DNA of 63,371 nt, filler included, from Licmophora abbreviata (taxonomy: Eukaryota), in the NCBI GenBank assembly GCA_900291995.1. It is 7 parts of 7 records of this genome, joined end to end, with 100 filler letters (N's around TTAATTAATTAA, not from the genome) between each part and the next. Parts side by side here need not be neighbours in the genome. Positions count along the whole stretch, not along the records: positions 52,895 to 63,371 come from OLMU01003222.1; 6 more parts are not named here. One strand, 5' to 3'. Shown here piece after piece: positions 57,601 through 63,371 of this stretch; within the stretch, counting starts at the first letter, position 1; each line of letters opens with the position of its first letter. The notes under the pieces were generated by a model, which was not told where the DNA came from, did not search any database, and saw only the letters and a program-made list of their open reading frames with translations. Made by a program: the position numbers and the translations under genes.

Positions 57601-58266
57601 GACTGGATCCCGCGCGGCAAACGCCTGACGAATCTCACCGGTCTCGTCTTCGTCAAACACAACAAAGGCAAACATGCCATCTAACTTCTTGACAGCTTCA
57701 GGGCCTCCATACTTGGCGTATGCGTGCGCGATGACTTCGCAGTCGGACCCCGAAACCCGAGGCTGGTTCCATGATTCGTTGGTCACGAGATCTTCATAGA
57801 GCGCTTCGTGGTTGTAGATTTCACCGTTCGCAGCGAGATGAATCGTCTTCTCGTCAAACTTGAGCCGGAAGGGCATGTCAGCCTTGCGATTAGAAGGATC
57901 GACGATGGCAAGCCTAGTGTGGCCCATGCCCCAGTTACTGCCGTGATCGGTATGAATCGTCATGCCATCGGGTCCGCGATGGTCCAAAATTGCTGTCTGG
58001 CGGTGAAGAATATCTTCATCGAATAGAGCGTGGTCCGAAGGAGAACCCTTTCTATCGGGCGACCATACGTCTTCCACTGCTGCAACCAGACCGCACATGT
58101 CTCGCACAGTCAGGCGTGAGCGAGAGGTCGGAATCTTGGGCCTCGCCGCCGATGCAGTTCTGGGCAGAATTCTGGGTGACGCAGCGCGGAAGCCATGAAC
58201 ACTCCTGTTGACAAGTGAGTGAAGCAGCATGACAGCAACTGTAACTCGGGTTGCGAGGGTTTTCAT
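54694..58266 (-). CDS. asnB: Asparagine synthetase B (glutamine-hydrolysing) fused to a C-terminal PLP-dependent-like domain, with N-terminal bipartite targeting sequence
   Basis: MCG (58098), HRGPD, HTRLAIVD, NGEIYNH, ARDPVGIKPLYYG, LSGGIDS, GEGADELFAGY and EARVPFLD, then SGSDAE, VVDACQGR, TGSKF and VRIALG, all in one uninterrupted ORF. Confidence 0.9.
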   Translation of the reverse strand: MKTLATRVTVAVMLLHSLVNRSVHGFRAASPRILPRTASAARPKIPTSRSRLTVRDMCGLVAAVEDVWSPDRKGSPSDHALFDEDILHRQTAILDHRGPDGMTIHTDHGSNWGMGHTRLAIVDPSNRKADMPFRLKFDEKTIHLAANGEIYNHEALYEDLVTNESWNQPRVSGSDCEVIAHAYAKYGGPEAVKKLDGMFAFVVFDEDETGEIRQAFAARDPVGIKPLYYGTKDGSYVFGSELKALVGHVDPETVVAVPAGHYWTPQTGLVCYYNPDWLRKDDYAPWKDASHSVTDDEIRSAFTKAVQKRMMADVEYGFFLSGGIDSCVVAHDLLPLYRKEREAMGDYRPIHTYTVGMENSPDVMAAKGMVEALGGPKYVNHHVRTFTPDEVFDLIPKIVYHMETYEAELIRSSIPNWLLAERASQDVKMVLTGEGADELFAGYLYFQDAENPQQLQNELRRIYGMLGNINLHRTDRMTMAHGLEARVPFLDTEFSRLVMSVDPARKTVDPEAVKANSRGREKTLLRELFEGPNENGDSIPRPVLWRAKAMQCEGVGEDWVSILQSKIASLVTDEEMAHAHITYPVNTPHTKEELYYRRIFDEHYHGMEHVVKLWEGGGRAMGAAWKSDMYTREGLKDVNLLSHALQSKDGPSLAAQAAKEATSAAEASGYTEFEGLLTSGGDDRSLINEATKTNKYHIRPQPIDVGHIFRGSCTGNPPTSQGYAAAKELYENVFVGLGGEECDAALRGVFADQRVRIAKVLDLPEDAEVILCPSGSDAEYIPVAIARSLRPDARISVGVAQLKEIGAGSAPAATGRYFSSYAPLVGRLPEGCQGLTGFEGIEGEIVSARESDGTAVDASMRMASFMEDSLAKGHYPITHGVFGGKTGLRCERMPPSLEGGVKSLGVVDACQGRFSKKELREWLEQDSLVLFTGSKFYQAPPFCGAVIVPGTIAAKLKQAPTHELNDLFSGSGLGGFLTDKEIPAQFSNWAPQLAKRGANNVGLALRWEAGLAAMEALASVSDEVKESTTDEWADGVGSLVAAESGLDLWCVERSIISVRVASNSGGWLNMNQLRDLFMWMSTDVSYLVPNSTPEEKEALATTAYIGQPVDVSESFAIVRIALGAESMRLLFDAKTQKEQSKHDKLVVKKLSAIAKHFETMKDNSMLESSVSPTKTRVNSTTIGAPSSLVV

Positions 58267-58608
58267 GGTGATCCGATGACGAGTGGTTGATTGGTTGGTA
58301 AGGAGATTGTGAGGGTTGACTGCACTTGAAGTGTCAACGTACGCCAATAATATTGCAATTTCGACCGCGAGATTCTGATGATTCGTGTGGCCCAACGCAC
58401 CCATCACAACCGGTTTGAAGTTTTGGCGCCAAACCCTGTTCGCGCAGTTCTCGCGCGTTGATATAGCTTGACTTGTTCGACTCAAGGTTGTAATCGTCGG
58501 TGTCACAGTCGTGCCGTCTACCTGGTATCTATTTTATCTTCTGATAAATTATGCAATCGTCAATCTATCTATCCTACAACAGCTGACGCAATTCTGCAGC
58601 AGGCAGTT

Positions 58609-60080
58609 TTAATCGGCAGTGAGTCGAACTTGGGTGGCTCGCTGAAACCAGCTTGATTTTGAGGCAACTGGCGCCGTGGTGGCTTTGAGCTGAGTCTGGG
58701 TCGACGTCTTGAGGGGGCGATCCAGTACCCACGGATGCTCCATAATTTGAGAGAGAGTCAAGCGGCGCCTCGGGTCTCGCCAGAACATGTTTTGTAGGAG
58801 ATCACATGCTGCGTCGCTGAGGTCGATATTCAAGCTGTTCAAGAGCGTCTTCATATCACCCTTCGCAATTCTTGCGTATCGACGATCCGACTTGTGTGCC
58901 CATTTGAAAGGAGAAAGGCCCACAAGCGTGATGAACAACACTACGCCTGCTGCCCACAGATCAAGAGCAAAACCATCAAAGGCATCGTCGCGTGCAATAA
59001 CTTCTGGTGCCATGTACATGAGCTTCCCTCCTTGAACTTGGGCCTGAATCAGAAGTCGTTCGGTACCCTCCGACACATCCGACACGCCGCCAAGGTTGCA
59101 TGGATCCCGGTAGGGCACTCGGAGCGACATTCCCAAGTCGATGATGACTACCTTGTCATTCTCGTCTACCATGATGTTCTCCAAGGAAATGTCTCTGTGG
59201 CACACACCCTTCTGTTGGAGACGAAAGATACCCTAATATATAGCAAAGAACAATGTGTGAGCGAATCAAGTCGTGCCGCGAAATACGGCCACCCGGGACC
59301 ACCGAAAGCAGGACTCACCGATAGTATCTGCTTGAACCAGATTCGAGCCTGAGCTTCGGATACACTGCAGCCAGTGCAGCCAAATGTAGCTTCAGACTTA
59401 TCAGTTTCGTTCGATGCTACTCGTCTGCCATTGCTCATCACCTTTCCAAACAAATCGCCCCCGCTACAAAATGGCATGACCGTGTATAGATATTTGTCGT
59501 CCTGAAGAACTTCCAGCGCACCTTGCACATTAGGATGATAATTTCCAATGAGCTGCATCGCGGCAACCTCCCGAATGGGATCTTCGAGGTGTCGCCCTCG
59601 TAGCTCACGCATGGTGAACCACGAGCTAATCTTGACGGCCGCCATTTCTCCCGTGGACTCCCATTCAACATGCTCGTCTCGAACCATACAATTATCTCTC
59701 CGCCGTCGCGATGTCACAGTTGAGTGCAGCGGAGGCGGACTCCGCCGTCTGAGTACTATACCCAGGCGAATCTCGCCGTAAACCGATTTGCAGAGCTTTT
59801 TCTTGATGAGATAGGCTCGTTCGGGTTGAGCCGATTGGTCGCCGCCAAGACCGTGGGACTTACAATTCCCAACACGCATGAGAACGTTCTTGATGGGATG
59901 GACTCGTCCTGTTATGTGGTCCAGCGCAATGACTTCAAAACGGGTGCCACGGTGTACCACGGGCGTGGGAAACTCAAGAGGTCGGGCTGGCTGACCAGCC
60001 GTGGCGATGGAATCATACGAGAGAGCTGCATGAAGTCCACCTTCGTGATCGGCCTCCGCGGCGTCGTTCCACATCACCAT
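58609..60080 (-). CDS. Ser/Thr protein kinase (CAMK-like), 2 exons (intron 59233-59318)
   Basis: AAVKI, EDPIRE, MPFCSGGDLF, CHRDISLEN, IIDLG, YMAPE and DLWAAG. Confidence 0.9.
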
Positions 60081-60540
60081 TCTTCTTAGCTCTTTGTTGT
60101 TTCTTTGAAGTCTGCAGACAGTCTGCTTGTTTTTCAGCGAGAAGACGAGGTTTTACTCAAGAGGCCTCGGGCCAACGCCAACAGGATAATGTGGTTCGTT
60201 GCAGTTGCACTTCTTTGTGATTGATTCATTTCTTCATTCTTCTGTGAATGCGAGCCAATGCTGGCTGCCCGTCAATCGTATCTTCCTTTCACACGAAGTG
60301 TATCATTCGTAAAATATAGTCACGAGGCTTTTGATAAGACTTCAACGCTCCCAATTTGCTACGTTACTGCATAAGATACATAAAGGCGGGACTGGATTTG
60401 GTCGAACGATTCGATGATATGAGTGACGCCAGGAGCGAACACCCAAAATCATCCAAGTATCACGCGAAAAAACTTGATCAAGCAGATCACACGACAGCAA
60501 GCTCGATTGCCGCGCTTCCTTGCACTTTGCATCCTCAACC

Positions 60541-61110
60541 ATGGCTTCTCGTCAAGCGTTTTCGCGGTCACGCGCCGTCATGGCTCGATATGATGTTGAG
60601 CCTCACCTGATGAAGTGGTGGTCAAAAGTAAAACCCGAGAATGGACAGGTGAGACGAGTCAAAGCGATGCCGAGTGTGTCCTCCGTAGCTTCTATACGAG
60701 AGTCTACGCATGCGATTGAGTCGCTTGCTTTCGCCTTCTCATGCTTTCGCCTTCTCATCACATTCGTCGTTTGTGTTGTGAAATAAACGCCCCGATAGAT
60801 CACTCGTCACTTGTCGCCTTTTGAGCAGCAGCCAGTGGCCCCATGGTTGAAGACATTCCCCAAAAAGGTGAGTTGCTCTTTGTTCCCGAATGCACCCTCG
60901 TACATACGCTGTTGCACCCTATCTGCTAGAAGCTGCCTTCACGAAGTGCCTCTTCTCGCTCAACTATCTTTTTTCGCTTCCTGATTTCAGGCCATGGACC
61001 GTGCTCCTTACTACGTCACTTACTTTGCGACGACGATGGCGTTTGTGTACGGAACTGTAGTCTGGGCCGATGCTGTCGATGAAGCGACCGACCGCGAGCA
61101 CCGATTCTAA
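60541..61110 (+). CDS. QCR8: Cytochrome b-c1 complex subunit 8 (QCR8/UQCRQ); exons 60541-60648, 60799-60867, 60991-61110 (98 aa)
   Basis: Spliced KWWSKVKPENGQ|ITRHLSPFEQ...FPKK|...TM segment...EHRF*, with phase-0 GT-AG introns. Confidence 0.85.
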
Positions 61111-61346
61111 CTACGACAATAAATGTCTGCGGGAGATTATTTCTAGGAGCACCATTATCACTGATAAACAATTCTACATCTAGGATATCAACACAATTAC
61201 CTCATTGTCGTCACGATACGCTTGTGGCATCACAGAAAATGAACATGTACTGTATCTCTTATTTTGCTTATGAATGCTGCTTTCGGCATTTGCTGATGAT
61301 CCTCTCAGTCGCCTATAGTCTCCCCACAAACTCTTACTTTGGACAT

Positions 61347-62748
61347 TTAGCGGAAGGGCAATGGCTCCGATTTTAGCGGCGCCTGTACGTCTTCGTTCGT
61401 GACCCAAGCATGGCTCATGACATCCGCGAGCGATGGGCGATCTCGGGGATTCAAGTGTAGCATTTTCTGTACAAGATCTCCCGCCTCTCTGCTCAGGTTG
61501 ATATCCCAATTTCGAAGCTGTTCGACCAATCGTCCCGTGACAATGAGTTCAAATCGCTTGTCCGAGACATGCGCTTGGTCGTACGGCGGAAATCCAGTCA
61601 ACATAATGTACAAGATGACACCGGCTGCCCAGAGATCGATCGCGAACCCGTCAAAGCTGTCGGCGTTGGCGAAGACTTCGGGTGACATATAGCTATGCTT
61701 TCCACAGACACCTTGGGGTTTCATGAGTCTCCGTGTGGAACCTCGGACCACATCCGTGATGGAGTCCCTGCAGTCGGGATCCGAATACGGCATGCGCAGG
61801 CACATGCCAAAGTCAATGATGGAACATCTACTGCCGTCGACGAGCACGTTCTCGAGTGATAAGTCTCGATGACACACGCCCAGTCCCTGTAAGTGATGAA
61901 GGCCCTGTTGAAGCATCACGGCGACACAACCATTAAGACGAGATGGTGAGACGTCTGAATCGAAGTCCAACATCGCCACTTGTCTGGCGATTGCTACTTA
62001 CCGACAAGATTTGGCGAAACCAGTACCTCGCAACAGGTTCGGGCATTCCAATTTCGCCACCGTTCTCCTCAGTATGCTGCACCACAATTCCAAACAAGTC
62101 GCCATCTCGAAAGAATGGCATGATGGAATACAAAAAGTCGCCGTCCTGTAAAACTTCAGAGCTTCCTAGCACAGCGGGGTGCCGTGATCCTAGCATTTGC
62201 ATGGCCGCTACCTCCTTGACTGGATCCTCTAGTAGCCGTCCCCTCATGTGATGAACTCGCGCCCATTCAACCATTTTGATGGCAACGTGAGACCCTGTAA
62301 TTTCCCAGACTAGGGGAGCCGTGGGTGCTCCAGGCTCGACTCCAGCGGCGCGTGCCGCATCGTCGGCGGCAACCCCATAGTGTCGTTTCAGAACAAGACA
62401 TGCCCACACACTGCCATATATTGCATCCTGCAGACGCCTTTGTGGCCAGTATGCTAGGACTTCAGTGTCCGTCGGTGCGGGGTGCACCATAGTGCCGGGT
62501 GTCGCCGGGGCCGAGCTAGGCGATCGGGGCGGAGAAAGAGGTTCTCCAGGATTCGTACCTGATAGGTCTTCGCGATGTATAACTCCGGAACAAACCTGGC
62601 GCGTTCCAGTTGCAGGATGGACTACGAGAGCATTGACGCGAACACCTCTTGCCACCATGGGTGGCGGGAAATCCAGTGGGCGGGTTGCGTCTCCCGCTGC
62701 CTCGACGTCGCAAAAGTTGAGGTACGCGTGAGGAGCCGGTTCTTCCAT
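61347..62748 (-). CDS. Ser/Thr protein kinase (CAMK-like), paralog of 58609-60080, 2 exons (intron 61905-62001)
   Basis: VAIKM, EDPVKE, CHRDLSLEN, IIDFG, YMSPE and DLWAAG. Confidence 0.92.
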
Positions 62749-63371
62749 GATGATACGAGGCTATCGATTCTGTCAATTCAGTAAACAATGAGTCAAGTGC
62801 CCTGGTCGAAACTATGAGAGGTGTCGCCAAAGGGGAATGCGATTCGATAAAAGCGAATGTGCCGACGTAGGTTCAAGTATCCTTTCCAGTTGGATATGGA
62901 CTCGATACGGGGCACGTCTGTAGAGCAAGAGCTTCGAACGATTCGTTGAACGCACAAGGGAACCTATATCTGCGCCGTTCCAAGACTCAGTGATACACGC
63001 CGTTCGACAATGATAGACTGTAGCACAGGCGTCGTCTCGAGTAGCAATCGTTCCAAATGCTGCGGAGCTTCGTTCAATCTACCGACGGCTTGCGAACCCC
63101 GAATGGCCTCAATCCGTGATAGCAGGTCCGTTCCAGCCTGATTCGGGTAGAAATGCTACCGTCGCAGCTCTTGGTACGGTGCCAACGACGGAACGCCTTC
63201 CGGGAATGCACCTCCTTGTTTGCTATCGTGGCGCTTGAGGCTGTCGTCGTCTGAAACTTGTCGTGATTGTGCGTGTGAAGACGAGGGCGCGCGCAAACCT
63301 TGGTGGTGTGTGATGGTGACGTCGACGATTCTAGCAGTCGTGTCTGAGTCGTGTTATCATTTCAATATATT

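Noticed and set aside
58267..58506. Extra 80 codons at the 5' end of the 1270-aa ORF
   Set aside because: It begins at a non-ATG codon. The ATG at 58266 starts a plausible signal peptide.
1..63371. Prokaryotic systems (operons, CRISPR, defence islands) or bacterial contamination
   Set aside because: Spliceosomal introns and eukaryote-specific genes occur throughout, including an intron in alr. No repeat-spacer arrays were seen.

Overview
Gene-dense eukaryotic nuclear DNA, most likely from a diatom or a related photosynthetic stramenopile. The evidence is short ~80-120 nt GT-AG introns and several proteins with a signal peptide followed by an ASAFAP-type plastid-targeting motif. It is a scaffold of seven contigs joined by artificial 100-nt N/TTAATTAATTAA linkers. 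About 38 protein genes were identified, mostly housekeeping: RPS24, BioB, JMJD6, RPN1, Sec62, RFC3, PGAM5, eIF3m, QCR8 and two paralogous kinases, among others. No RNA genes, transposons or CRISPR arrays were recognised. Highlights: (1) a 3-exon MsrA with an in-frame UGA at the catalytic site (G-U-F-W-G) and a 3'UTR SECIS-like hairpin with a non-canonical CG apical motif; (2) an apparently plastid-targeted asparagine synthetase B fused to a ~520-aa PLP fold-type-I-like domain of unknown function; (3) a PhyH-family Fe/2OG enzyme with HxG instead of HxD, a halogenase-type signature; (4) a bacterial-type alanine racemase with large insertions; (5) a PSMD5/Hsm3-like pseudogene with multiple stops; (6) an orphan ~16-TM protein with four His-containing pseudo-repeats; (7) an SGNH hydrolase with Glu in place of the catalytic His. 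All family assignments come from motif recognition by eye, not database searches.
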